Part shown: positions 40,541 through 53,786 of the stretch, in pieces
How positions within the stretch are numbered: the stretch's first letter is position 1
Layout: each line of letters starts with the position of its first letter
Assembly: GCA_964199315.1 (NCBI GenBank)
Contig: OZ116703.1
Coordinates: forward strand, 744,001-808,000
Length of the DNA stretch: 64,000 nucleotides
Reading direction: 5' to 3'
From: Orbicella franksi
Taxonomy: Eukaryota
Position numbers and translations under genes: made by a program
The notes under the pieces: model-generated
What the model was told of the DNA's origin: nothing
Seen by the model: the letters and a program-made list of their open reading frames with translations, nothing else
Database searches by the model: none

Positions 40541-41869
40541 TAATCAGTTCCGTCTACTATTTACAAATTTGGTACGAAAACTTAACACTGCGTAATGAAA
40601 CATCACCTAACCCATCTGACACATCTTAAACGTCATTTTTTTTCTCGAGACGATGATATTTGAATGAAGTATGAACTTCTCTTTTGCCAATGATATTGAC
40701 ACTTTCTTAGCCGAAACTTTCCCCAGCTTGATTCGACGAATTGTCGAACCGTGTCATTTCCCCTCATATCTTGAGTAATATTCCGTCCATCTGGTTTCCA
40801 CCAGGGAAACCGGGTTGTTGCCAGTAATATGATCTGAACAAAAATCGCAGGCGGAGTAGTTCATAACGCTGGAAAACGGTTCAAAAAAAGTGCCAATTTC
40901 ATTGTTGGAAGATCGTTCTATTTTGGCCTTGGACCGACCTCTATGCCACGATCTTCATTTTACCAAACTTTTAATTCCCTTTTGTAGCTTGTGTTTTCGT
41001 CATCTCTCTATTTTGCAATTCTGTAGACTTGTACTTATTGTTAATTAATTAATTATTTATTTATTTATTTTCTGGCCCTAAAATTACACCGTGCACGGTG
41101 GTATTCAAGTGGTTAAGAACAAGTTGGAATATTCCAAAATGATCTCGAGTACCTTAAATCCTGTACTCTTGTAACTAGAATTTCGAAGATATCCGCTATG
41201 TATTTGTCTCTTCTTTATCTGTTCATGGCTGTCGTTAGAAAAAGGCCAACAATAGCATAGAGGCGCAAACATCACATGTTATAAGTAGTAGTGATTTTAT
41301 AGCACTATACACTTGTAATATTTGAAGAACGTCTTTTGTTGAATTGAATCTTGAAATCTTGTTTTACGCTTAATTCTGTTAGCTATCGGTTACGACAATC
41401 ATTATTGTGTTGCTGTAGGTCGGTAACACTTGAACTGAAGAGTAAGTCGTAGGTTTTATATTTACATTATATATTAGTATTTATTGAACAGATTTACTAC
41501 AGTGCATTTATTTATGAAAATCATAAAATTAAACGGAAAAAGAAACTGTTTCTTCTGTCTTTCAATTCTAGTCACTAAAGTAGCTTATGTAACCATCTCC
41601 ATCAGTGCTTTAATGCGCCGAAGGCAAAATATTAGAAAGTGCGGTCTTTTTAAATAAATGAGTTGTAGCTGTTCGGCAACTTTTCGAAGGATAAGAGAAA
41701 GTCACCAGACAGGATGCGACAACAGCTTAGCTGTTAGTGGCGAGGCACGAGGAAATTTCTCTTCACAGGAAAAAATGCTGCAGAAAAGCGGAAAAGGAAA
41801 CAAATCACGAAACCCGAAGTGGCAATCAATCTCAAGTGAAATCAATCTCCAAGTGGCCATGTAATGTTC

Positions 41870-42047
41870 TATTTATTATATAAACACCAAAAAATCCATT
41901 TCGCTCTCGCTGCGAAAGGCGCGATTTATTATGTAACCATGGCAACTGTGATCTTTGTGAAGATAACTTGTTATTTTCACTTGTAAAGATATCATGTTTT
42001 TGCGCGAAAGCTCACCTGGTATTTTATTGGTGCTTATATAATAAATA
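41870..42047. mobile_element. MITE with about 21-bp TIRs
   Basis: TATTTATTATATAAACACCAA ... TTGGTGCTTATATAATAAATA. Confidence 0.75.
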
Positions 42048-42232
42048 TTACCATTTCCGACAGGTTAAACATATGGTCATTCTATGCCAGTTTATTTACC
42101 AACGCTAAAAGATGACTCGTACGCGTGATGACAACAGACTAGCAATAAACAACACCAATCCTCCATTTAAAAATGCAAATTGTAAATTTCATCGTGAACA
42201 AATTCCCAAAGCAGCTCAGCAAAGATGAAAAG

Positions 42233-42309
42233 ATGAAAGTGAAGTATGATCATCGCAGTAAATTTTCCAATTTAAGCAACTGGAAAGAAGAAGCCTGAAA
42301 AAAAAATCA

Positions 42310-42343
<34 letters not shown>

Positions 42344-42608
42344 GATACCGGTGCGATGCTCTACCAACTGAGCTATGAAGCCACACATTGGGAGCGAGGT
42401 CAATTAATTTCTTCTTTCCAGTTGCTTAAATTGGAAAATTTACTGCGATGATCATACTTCACTTTCATCTACTACCGCAGTTCAAATATGAATTATTTCA
42501 TATATACTTCACATCATTTCACTCACGGGAAGATATGAACTCAATTAATTGACCTCGCTCCCAATGTGTGGCTTCATAGCTCAGTTGGTAGAGCATCGCA
42601 CCGGTATC

Positions 42609-42642
<34 letters not shown>

Positions 42643-42760
42643 TGATTTTTTTCAGGCTTCTTCTTTCCAGTTGCTTAAATTGGAAAATTTACTGCGATGA
42701 TCATACTTCACTTTCATCTACTACCGCAGTTCAAATATGAATTATTTCATATATACTTCA
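42233..42760. mobile_element. tRNA-derived element, family A: divergent inverted pair of tRNA-like heads (42311-42382 minus, 42570-42641 plus) with a 13-bp TSD
   Basis: Cloverleaf GGCTTCA/TGAAGCC with A box, B box and GGT in the anticodon position, but an A-C mismatch closes the anticodon stem. CAAAGATGAAAAG lies at 42220-42232 and 42761-42773. Confidence 0.8.
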
Positions 42761-44049
42761 CAAAGATGAAAAGGATATTTACGTGAAAACAACATGAAGG
42801 TGCGTGTGGTTTGAGAAAATGTCTTAATTTGGGTATATTTGAACTATCTTATTTCACGATTTACTTCTTAGATTTAGATACAGCTCAAAAGATATATCAA
42901 ACACACAACAGAGCGCTTTATCAAACGTTCAAACAGCTCTTTGAGTCCTTTTTGTAGGACGCAAAGTCAATCACGAGAGAATCACCGTCTGTCGTGATTG
43001 ACTTATTCCTGGACGTACGTTGATCGGAATAATAAAAAAATTTGAGCCAGTTCATTTTTGAAAATTGGAGTTTGTTTTTGACTTATACAACTCGGAGTAA
43101 GTTTTTTGAAACTCAGAGTTTGTGTTATTAAACTAAAGTAGAAAAATGGTGATAACGGAATCTTAAATATATTCTCCCAATAAATATACATTACATTGCT
43201 ACGTAAGACACCCTAGAAAACGGAAATATTCAGCAAAACAAGCTCATTATTCTTACATAACTTCCATTTTTAATCGAATGTATTCCGATTTCGACCATCA
43301 AACTCAATCAAAGTTCGATTGCGTTCGATTGCTCAACTTCTAATTCAAGTCTGAATGAGTCTGATTAAGTTCGCTTGATCGAACGTTCGATTTGGTTCCA
43401 GCAGTTAGATCAGAATTTTTAGAAGAACTCAGCTATCAGTTTATCTCAGATTTCATTCAAAACACGCGCCATTTCTCAATCTTGGTACAATCTTGGCCTG
43501 TAGACGGACTCGGCTAAGGTGTTGATATCCTTGTTGCCACCTAATTCAGACCATGAGATGATTTATTAGCATGGAAGGTTACAACTGATCTGTTTTTACC
43601 TACTTCCATGCAAACAATGACCAATCATCATTAACAAAGATGTAAACACCTCAATGGAGTCCCTCTATTCTCAGCTACCATATATACACCACTCAGTCCC
43701 TCTTAACTGTAGCTGTGTTCAGGGAGAAAGAGCATCCGGTACTTAATAAGCGGGACTCGCTTTCCTCTCCACTTTTCTGATATTTTCATGAGTTTCTTTC
43801 CACTGCCTTTACCTTAGACTCACTGGACAGCTTTTAATAATGAAAATGGCCGTTATACTTGCACATTCGCAAGAAATCCACCCTGTCTCTATTTCTTTTC
43901 CAAAGCTTACTGCATACGCTGATCTGCTGGCCGCTAACAGACCTCTAAAAGATCCCTGTTGACTCTATCGTGTATCGATAACATTCCTGAAAAGAAAAAG
44001 TGCAAAATCTTCTTAACCTCAATCGATAAATGATATTATTTTTGCCCTG

Positions 44050-44230
44050 GCCAATCAGAGAGTTTGTTACATTTCGGTTCGCTTGGTCAAGCTTGAGGCT
44101 CGATCCGGAGTGACGTCAAAGATCAAGAGCTGGTACCGCCCGCCACCTGTCATAACCAGCAAAAGAACATTTCCGCCATTCCTTCCATTTCAACGAGAGT
44201 TTTTCCTTTTGAAATCAGCTATATTAAAAT
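44050..44230 (+). promoter_or_regulatory. Candidate promoter of gene 4
   Basis: CCAAT at 44051, palindromic CRE TGACGTCA at 44111-44118 and TATATTAAAA at 44220. A strong donor GAG|GTAAGT follows at 44350, and an acceptor lies just upstream of the ATG exon (about 46369). Confidence 0.45.
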
Positions 44231-46397
44231 ACAGAGCCCAAAGGTCTCTCAATTTGTTCTTCAAATTTTCAGGAGTAGACTTGTTGAGTTAAAGAAGCGA
44301 TTTTTACAAAGGAGAACGCGTTGTAAGAGAAACTACGACGATTGACCGAGGTAAGTTACCAGTTGTTAATAAATTGAAGTCGAAAATTTTATGTTTGCTT
44401 TCTGGTAGCCGAGTAAAATTTGCTTTATTTTTACGATTTGAAATTGCCTTGTACTTTACTTTCCATAACTTTTAATAGCTTTTCCTCCGAAATTGTCGCC
44501 AAGACGTCTTGACTCGAAAACAACTGAAACTATCCGTCGTCGCTGTAATTTTTGAACAAAATTTCTTGGTGCGTTGAGAGCAATTGGTGTTTCATGGTGA
44601 CTTCAAAGCCTTCTTTCTCGACCACACAAGAGACTAAATTTATTACTTCAATTTTAACCTATGAGGATTCACTGGTTATCTGTAGTTATGTATAAGGAGG
44701 AAGACGTTTTTCTAGCAGGAAGATCAAGTCGTGTACTCCAGCGGGCTGTCACCAGGCAATATTAAATAACTAGCCGCTATATTAAACGTAAATCCCTGCT
44801 CAACAAATTCTAATTGATAGCGTGGTTTCCTAGACACAGTTAGATCTATGTAATATTACGTCACTCTTATGGCCGCTTGTTTAACAAACTGGAACGTCTG
44901 AACCAGTTTTTATATAAATCGCTGAAGTCTACCCAATCATAATTTTAAAACAGATATTTTAGCCATTATCATAAACTGAAGCACGAGTCGATGAACTTAA
45001 CGTTAACTTCCGTTCCTTGGTAATATTGCACAGCCCAAGTTATGAGCTGAATTCCTTCCTCAGGAAGAAGTAGTGGAAATTGAAATTTTTACTACGCTTG
45101 AAGACACCTAACGCAGAAAAACAAGTCCATTAATTCAAACGTAACTAATATAAAAATTGCAAGTTATACTTTGGTGTTGTGTTGTTTAAAATTATTCCAA
45201 CTTGATGAGTAATCTTAAGGACACTTCATATGTAGTTAAGTTTACCGGTCACAAAACACTCCCCGTAGCGGCTCCACCCTTAACAGCTTAAGGCTGCGTG
45301 AGATCGATGGACCAATCCTAGCTAATCCTCTCTGACTACGTTCCACACATGTGATGTATAGATTGAAGTAAAGTGCGAAGTCTAATTTGGAAAATTTAGT
45401 TATCGATATTGGTCTTTTTATCGGTGTTAGTGATACCCATTTAAGAAAGTATCGACGATTCGTTTTACAGCTATGCACGCAAGCTCGATATGAGTCACCA
45501 AAGTCTCACCAAAGGTTAGGATTTTAATTTAGTGAATCAGTGTAGCGGTTTATTTACCTCACGGCATGCAAGCATATACAAAAGAACTAAGGAATCCCAT
45601 CTGACCGACACGATATGTGTGAAAAACCTTCATTTTTGTAAGTCTGAACTTTATTAGGCATTGATAGAACTAATCTTTTCGACCTTTCGGGATACTCGAT
45701 AGATCACAGGAAATAAGTACTGAGTGTGTAAAGTAGCAAATTGAGCACTTGTAGCTTGATCTGCGATGTCATGGCAACAAACAACAGGTTACATAACTAT
45801 ATGCAATTTACCACCAGTCCTTGTTTATGAAAGTGTAGTTTGGGACAGACTAGCTGAGACCGTTATGAACTTCTTGAGAAACAAGGCAGTTAATGCTATC
45901 GAAAAGTAAACTCCTCGTGAAATACCGAGGCAAACAGCATGTTGGAAGTATTTAGTACTAAACCATACAGTAGGCATATATATATACAATGACATTCTGT
46001 AGTACCATCTATCTGGCTTTAGCGGTGTCGTCTTGAGTGGCTAAGATAGTATAATTGAAGCTGAATAATAGAAATATAAATTTCTATTTTTTCTTACGAA
46101 CATAGTTTTGCAATGTAGACGGGACATTTCGTTTAAGTATCGATGCTTACATGTAGGCAACACAGTGCATTACAGTTATCATGAGTTACGTTCATTACTC
46201 TGCAAATCACCATATGGTAACGTACAAAGAAAATTCATTACGTGTGTCTGGCAAAGAAGATAACGTGGAGCAAGACGTTTTGTTCCCTCCTAGGCTGATT
46301 ACCGATAAGAAAAAAAGGATCCCTTGATATGCTGAACCTGTCAAATTCAAATATTATTCTTTTTAACAGGTTAACCTCGCATGAGAAAGGTGAAGAA

Positions 46398-49300
46398 ATG
46401 AGGATACGTTTCCTTGTCTCTGTGATAGTTTGCGTTGGTTTATCGGTTGATTCAGGTAAGACTCATTATTGCATTCATACCGAAATCTTGTCAAAATTTT
46501 ATGGTTGGTATTCAGTGCATTTTTTATTTAACGAGCGTGCTTTGTATATGAGACGGTAGATAGCCAACGACGCGCGTGGCGCCTCGTTGGCTATAATCAT
46601 CTCATATCCAACAAGCACGAGTGGAATAATTGTTCAGTATTAAAAACGCGCCCAAAATATAGAAAACTAATCTAAAATAAAAATAAAAAACGCCCCAAAA
46701 AATTACGTGTACGCTTACCTCATTTGTAGAGCATGGTATAATGGCTCATGACCTACGATGGCTGAGCCAATGAAAACTCTCGAATTGCATTATCCAATGA
46801 TCCAGTTTTTATATATATTAAATTTATGGGTTGTACATCAGTGATCAAAACATACTCTCCGGTGATTTTTTTTTTTGTCCCTTGTTTGCTTGGAAAAATA
46901 TAAGAGAGACATGATGTTGATGACGGTTGGAAATTAGAAGAATATTTAGCGCTCAGCGCTAGAGAACCTATGCCAGAACGCAGCAGCAAGTGTGCTAATG
47001 TGTCATGTATTTTTTTGTTACTCACAGCTCCGCTCGATGTTCGTGTCGCAAAAGGTAAGATATCACCTATCTATGCTTTAATGTCTGGGGACCAAATCGA
47101 ATAGACTGTTTTTCTTTCCGTAGAACGTTGATTGAAATTTTTTTTTTTCATCAACATTCTCAGAGGGCTATCCACTGTCGTGCATTTTCTTCATGACTCA
47201 TCATTCTTTATTTATTCTTTGAATAATTTATTTGTTACTTAGAGCTCTCGTCAAGACTCCATAGAAGGCAGATTGCAAATCAAGGTGAGATTAAACGGGT
47301 GGTTAATCATGCGAGGGGAGGGAGAGAACCTGTTCACACGCTAGTGTTAAGTTCACACTATGACTCACCACATAGAAAAAAAGACTGAAGAGTGATAGCT
47401 TAGGGCCGAGTCCCAGCAAACACAAATAAATTCAGCGCTTTTCGTTCCACCTATTCACTTACATCTCTGACTGGTCCGACTTCGGCTTCTAATTGAACCT
47501 GGAATAAACATAAACCTTAGCGTTTCTCTCAGCGTTCCGTTTTACCATATTTGCTTCTTACGACCACTCGGATTCCAGAATAGAACCGGCAAGAAGCAAA
47601 TTTACTTCACGAATCAGTAGTGCCACTAGTTCCGCGGGTCGCGTTTGCTACGTTGATGAATAATCACATTTAGATTTTTAATAAAATTATTTCACTTTTC
47701 AGGATACCTTGGTTACCCAGGATACTCGACATCCTCATCGCAATACACTGCAAACCAAAATGGAGCGTCACAAGTAGGCTCCATACCTTCACGTAAGTAC
47801 ATGATTTAAACCGGGCGGATTATAAGTTAGTGGTAACTTTAAAGATAACATAGGTTTTCGAGAAGTTTCCAAAAGATCTTCTATTGGTTTTTGATTTGTT
47901 TTTTGCTTGTGATATTTTGGACCTCAGCAACGAATTTTGAATTTCCAATAAACCAAGCAATACTTACTGAGAATTAAAGACAAACAAACAACTTTGCATA
48001 CTTAAACAAGATAGATTTTGAAAGAATGAAAGATGCGAATGCAGCCATGACACTACTGGAAAAATGACCTGAAAAAATTTCAGGCTCTGAACGGGATTCG
48101 AACCCACGACCTTTACGTTACCGGTGTAGTGCTCTACCAACTGAGCTATCAAAGCCACATGAGAGCGGTCGTGTGTGAGTTCGGCCCTACATGTTCAGTG
48201 GACGTAATACTCGGCTCAAGCATATGAATTCCATATAGGGCCGAACTCACACACGACCGCTCTCATGTGGCTTTGATAGCTCAGATGGTAGAGCATTGCA
48301 ACGGTAACGCGAAGGTCGTGGGTTCGAATCCCGTTCAGAGCCTGAAATTTTTTCAGCTCATTTTTCCAGTAGTGTCATGGCTGCATTCCCATCTTTCATT
48401 CTTTCATTTAATTGCTACTGTTGGACATCTATTACCAAGATAGATTTTACGAACTAAACTTTTGCCTGCAACACCACGCAACTCAGAAAACTATTATAAC
48501 CATAACAGTCTATGAGAGTCCATCTAATGGGGGGCTATATTGACAAATCTCTTTGCCTTGTTCAAAACAGAAGCCTCGAATTCAGCTAGTTGGAACAGCA
48601 GTCCCCAAGCAACAGTTGCATCAACTACAACAACGGAAAGTGGACAACAGCAACTAGCAACCCAAAATGGTGCTCAAGTTGTCCCTGCGCAAGCCAACTA
48701 TTCTTCAGCCCAACCATCTTTGGCATCTGCTGACACAACATTCAGCAACGACAGTTCTTCCACACTAGAGTTTACCTCACAGCAATCATCAGTGAATTCT
48801 TATAACTCTACAGCTCCATCTTCACAAAATTCGACCGTAAATAACGGCTATCCGGTATATTACGTGTCCAATTATGAAGAGCCCAATTTGCAACAAACAA
48901 CTTCGCAGCCTATGTCAAATGCAACAGCTAATTCATCTGTTCCATCTCAAGCATCCGAAAGTAATGCAACTGAAAATGCAAATAATAACAGCTATCCAGT
49001 ATTCTATATAACCAGTCCTCCTAACGAAAAACAACAAACACCTGTTTTCAGCAACAGCTCTGCACCGCCTACTACGTCACCAGAAAGCCCATCAAGAAAT
49101 AATGGTACCTACAATTATCCAATTTATTACGTTAGCAATTATAACGAGGAAGCGCAGCAGACACCAATAACTACCACCGTTAATAGCACCAATACGTTTT
49201 CGAATACCTCGAAAGGAAATAACACGTTGAATGAACAAGCCTACAGCTATCCTGTGTATAACGTAGGCGGCCCGAAATCAGAGCAGGAAAGCACAAGCCA

Positions 49301-52191
49301 AGAATCGAAAACCAAATTTATAAATTCGCCTGTTTCTTACGAAATAATCAACAGTTCATCTGTTTCTCAAAGTAATGCATCTCAACCAAATGTTGGCAGC
49401 TCCTCCTCTGCTACAACGCTATCTAACAATACTCAGCCATCAGCAATAAGTGGTAGCTATGCCTCTTCACCCGAAGCAGCAGCTCCGTCTACCTCACAAA
49501 CAACGTCTGTGCCGGTATCACAGCCAGCAACCACTTCTTACAACTATCCTTCGGCCCCTACCTTGTACCAGATGACCAATTTAACAACTTCACCATCCAC
49601 GCCACAGCAAACATCTAACTATTACGGTTCTCCTGCAGGCCCTCCGTCTCCTGCTACATACCAAGCCTATGGAGCACCCTCGACTTCTGCATACCCAGCA
49701 CCTGCGCCTGCTCCACAACCAGCACCCAGTTATTATAGCTACCCTGCTAACCAAGCATCTGCTGCTCCTTCACCATCACCTTCACCTGCACAATCCCCTG
49801 CACAGCCCGTAGTAGCCAGCTCTTATCCTTCAACAGCTCTTTCCCCAGCTCCGACTCCATCTCCAGCGTCAGCGCCAGCACCAGCACCAGCACCACCTCC
49901 AGCTTCGGAACCTAATCGAATCTCTGGTGTATCCTCTTCTCCTCCATTCCCACCAGCATCAGCATCTTCCTCCTCTCCTGGAACTCAATCCCCGGCTAAC
50001 ACCCAAGCCTCTAGTTCTGTTGCCAAGCCATCGCCCCCATCATTGCCAGTTTTAAATTCGGAATACGAAAATGCGTCGTACATCATTGCAACGCCTCCAG
50101 ATAAAGACACAGTCCTCTTTCTCCCCTCTCCCTCGCATCCTTTCTCATCAGAAACGACCCAAGCTGAAAACTCTACTATCGTGAGTAATTCTACTCTCGC
50201 AGTGACAAACGCTTCAGCTGAAAGTAGTTCATCTCCTACAATAAATGCAACATCTCTAGTTAATGCCACTGCTCCTGAAATTACAGTACCTGCAAATGCT
50301 ACAAGTATCAAAGTCGAATCCTCAAACAGTACAATACCCGCTTCACAAGAAACAAATTCCTCCGTTGCAGTTATTCCCCAAAACATCTCTTTCCCTGGCT
50401 TGGGCTGGCTTGAGAAAAACACTACTTCTTTAAGCAACATGACTTCCCTGACTAATTCTTCATTGGAAACACCCTCTTCCACCCCTGTCCCGAAAAATCC
50501 TATCAGCTCAACGACTCCAGCACCACAGCCACCGTCAGCAACAACTGCACCAATAATCATGGTTTCACCTTTTGCTCCATCATTGGACAATACCAGTCCA
50601 GCTCCTGTAGTGCCTTCCCATTCAAATGGCACGTTAAACAATCCGCCTTCAGGATCACAGTTGAATTCTCCTCCGATAGTCATGACAAAGCCTCCTCCAT
50701 CACACCTGTCTCCGACTCCTCCACCGGCACCTGCGCCTGTCGCTCATCCTGTTCTGGTAACGACAAAACCTCCCTCAGCTGGTTTACATACCACTACCAA
50801 ACCTAAGCCGAAAGAGTGGGGCTTTGGAGACAAGTATCTAGGTAAGTAAAATCGCACATTTGTAAACTTACAAGTTTGGCACATATGTTAGACGTCACCC
50901 ATTTCTGTAACTTTCTGTAGTAATGACTCTGTACATCCCGCCCATTCCGCGTGCCCACTTATTTAAAATGATTTGTCTTGAGCAGTCCTGTTAATGCAAC
51001 ATTTTCTTTTGTTCTTTTCCCTGTCCTTTACAAAGCTTTTGTTTGAATTGTATTGTTTATCGTAAACTCTTGCAATGAGGTAGTCTTAAAAAATCGAAAA
51101 TCTGTTCATTGTGCGATGCCTGTAAGACACCTGCATCATAGAAAATACTATACAGTGTGTGTCAAATGACAGGTTAAAGTAAAAGTTAACTAACGTAATG
51201 AACCCATAGGCTGACTGCTTGTTACTCGTTTGTAACAGTTTTACCCAATTTAGTGTTAAATCTGAACATATTGATAATTTTCTCATGTATGGAACTGTTA
51301 TTTCTTGCAGCCTCTCAAAATCAACGAGCTCGTCACAGGAACGTCATATTTGATGGCATCGCGGGTGACAGTCAGTGTAAGTATTTAACCAGATCAGCTA
51401 AATAACACAGTTTCTAAACTCAAAATGTCCTGATCAGTTTTATTATCAATGAAGACAGAAACTGGGCAACCTTTAACGCGAACAAAGTTAGCCAGAGTTT
51501 CAAGAGCTTCTGGTAATTGCTACTAAGCATCTAGCATCTGTCTTCCTCGTGCCTCGTGGCACATAGGGCCTTTACAGAGGTCCTCCACTTTTCTCGGTCT
51601 GCTGCGATCGTTCTCGTTTCCTCCCATGAACTCCACCCCGCCTCTTTCCGTTCCCTTTCTAGTGTTCGTCTACACGTTGTCTTGGGCCTTCCTCATCTCC
51701 TTTTCCCTTGTGACACCCAGCTTATTGCGATGTTACAATCATTATTGCACGCGATCTGGCCTCAGGATGTGACCAATCAGTTTTCATCTACGATACATCA
51801 CTTCCTTGCTCACCGGTTTCATGCTCGCTCTTGCCAACAGTTCCTCACTACTGACATGATATAACCACTAAATTTGATACTAACTCATGAAAATGGTCGA
51901 TGCCCATTTTGGTTGAACATTGGTCCTCTTAATAAATCATAAGATTTCTGGCTAATATTATAGAAATGGATTTCAAAACGCGCTTACTATATAAATGCTG
52001 AATTGCTGAACCTTAAGTTGCCCTCTCAGACTTCACGGTGATAATTCTTTTACTATTATTTTTCTTGAAAATAACAATAATTCTTGCCTGTTTTCGTCTC
52101 CACAGCTTACAGTAATTATCAAGTTTTAAGTCAACAAGAAGTATTCTTTCCAAAACATGGAAGAAAAAGAAGAAGCCAACCTGCCACTTAA
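46398..52191 (+). CDS. Gene 4: secreted mucin-like S/T/P/N-rich protein with a C-terminal ARHRNV module (about 879 aa)
   Basis: Exons 46398-46455 (signal peptide MRIRFLVSVIVCVGLSVDS), 47028-47054, 47243-47284, 47703-47792, 48571-50841 (the 769-aa ORF), 51311-51376 and 52106-52191. All introns are phase 1 and GT-AG. The protein has many N-x-S/T sequons and APAPAP runs, and ends FFPKHGRKRRSQPAT. Confidence 0.82.
48020..48435. mobile_element. tRNA-derived element, family B: 170-bp inverted arms with tRNA-like heads (48083-48156 minus, 48269-48342 plus) and a 13-bp TSD, in gene 4 intron 4
   Basis: Arms are 48020-48189 and 48236-48405. The acceptor stem is 8 bp (GGCTTTGA/TCAGAGCC) and the loop carries GGT. 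CAAGATAGATTTT lies at 48007-48019 and 48436-48448. Confidence 0.8.
51524..51862 (-). mobile_element. 3' end of an RTE-clade LINE in gene 4 intron 6
   Basis: Minus strand translates as WVSQGKRR*GRPKTTCRRTLERERKEAGWSSWEETRTIAADREKWRTSVKALCATRHEEDR, a typical RTE ORF terminus, followed by a short tandem tail (AGATGCT)2. Confidence 0.8.
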
Positions 52192-53786
52192 ATCCTATTT
52201 TTCAAACACGCTTGATCATTTATATTCAGGTCAATGCGGGGATCGTCTCGTTCCTTGTGAGCCATTACTTTCTAAAGCCACAGAATGTATATTGATCTTT
52301 TGTAAATAGTTAATGTAACTGCAAATTATCGAGTTCAAACGTATTTTGAAGACATATAACCTTGCAGTTGAAACATTTTAACATTGTAACAGAATTTCAC
52401 AATGTTGGCTTTCCCTGTTTAAAGCAAGAAACCCTAAAGTGTGACTACGTTAATACTATCCAATCAAAAGCTAAGAAAAGCCATCGTCGGCATCTGATTG
52501 GATAGTCTACACGCATGAAAGAATTCATTAAAATTAGTCACATTTTTGGGCTCCTTGATGTAATATTTTGTTCCTGGCATCATGGATCGAAGAGGTTCAT
52601 TTCAGTCAATACTATCTTAAACTCTATGAAATCGTGAGGCTACCGTAGATGGAATTTTCAGATGATGTACATTTGAACAGTGGGTGATACGATGGTATCA
52701 AATAACGAGTTTATTTCAACAATATAGACTGTAAAAATGTTCAGAAATTGTGAAAGTGGCTTGTTGAAAATGGCGAGGTTTCAACTACAAAAACATCAGT
52801 ACACATGGCGCCTGGTGGTACAGTTATTTGTCTGGTGAACGCAACATTTGTATGAGAGCAGCAGTGTCTATTTATTCGACGTTATTTACGTTAGAACAAA
52901 ACCAAATAAATGTCATATTTTCTTCATGTTTGTCGTATAATTTCGCTTGGTACTTTTTCCGATAGAGCAGAAACTTCCTGACCCTTTCTACCCGGGACTG
53001 AATTCAAAGTCTGTAAACGTAAAGTCTTGTACACCTCACTTAATACTGTAGTATAGGCTCAATATCCCGTCCCAGAGAGCTCAGTCATTTAATTTCATCT
53101 AAACACAAATACCCCAGGCTACATGGATAGCCCAAATGAGAAAATACTGGTCCTTACATTCGGAACATTGATGTTTTAAAAGATGGACCAAAATGAATCA
53201 TTTATGATAAAATGGAACACACTACAAATAACTAACAAAATAAGGTTGTTTATTCATCTCCCACTGTCATAAATTCGATATATACAGATTTCAGATTTGA
53301 TGCGCTTGTTAAAGAGTCCATTGCTAGAACCTCAGATTAGTGGAGTCGCAACTTCTTCCTTAATGTTTTCCTTAAATAAAAAAAATAGGACAAGAATTAA
53401 AGCCAACTATAAATCCACATGATTTCTTACGAATCATATACACCTGCGCGCTGGCTAGGTTAGAGGGGACAGTCGTGCGTCAGCGGTTTCTCTTAAAAGA
53501 AACGTGTCTTACAGATTCTGACTGAAGATTACTGGGCACTAATCCATTAATGTACTCTGTTGTTTTGGCTAATCTCTTAGTAAAGTTCCCGATTTTTTTA
53601 TTAACCAATGGAAAAACACCACGAGTGCTCAAGAGTACTCCGAAAGATGCCACTTCATGATAAGACACAAACTATTGGCCTTATTCACGTCTTAAAAACA
53701 GAGATCTTCATCATCTGGTTCTAGTTCCGATGGCTGAAAAACGTACTTAATCTTTTAAGTATTTGTACAATGTATAGGCTGTATTC

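Noticed and set aside
38352-50683. Antisense or alternate-frame ORFs over the long exons (e.g. 38352-38882, 49985-50683; likewise 5764-6057 and 9459-9761)
   Set aside because: These are shadow ORFs of low-complexity coding exons with no independent support.
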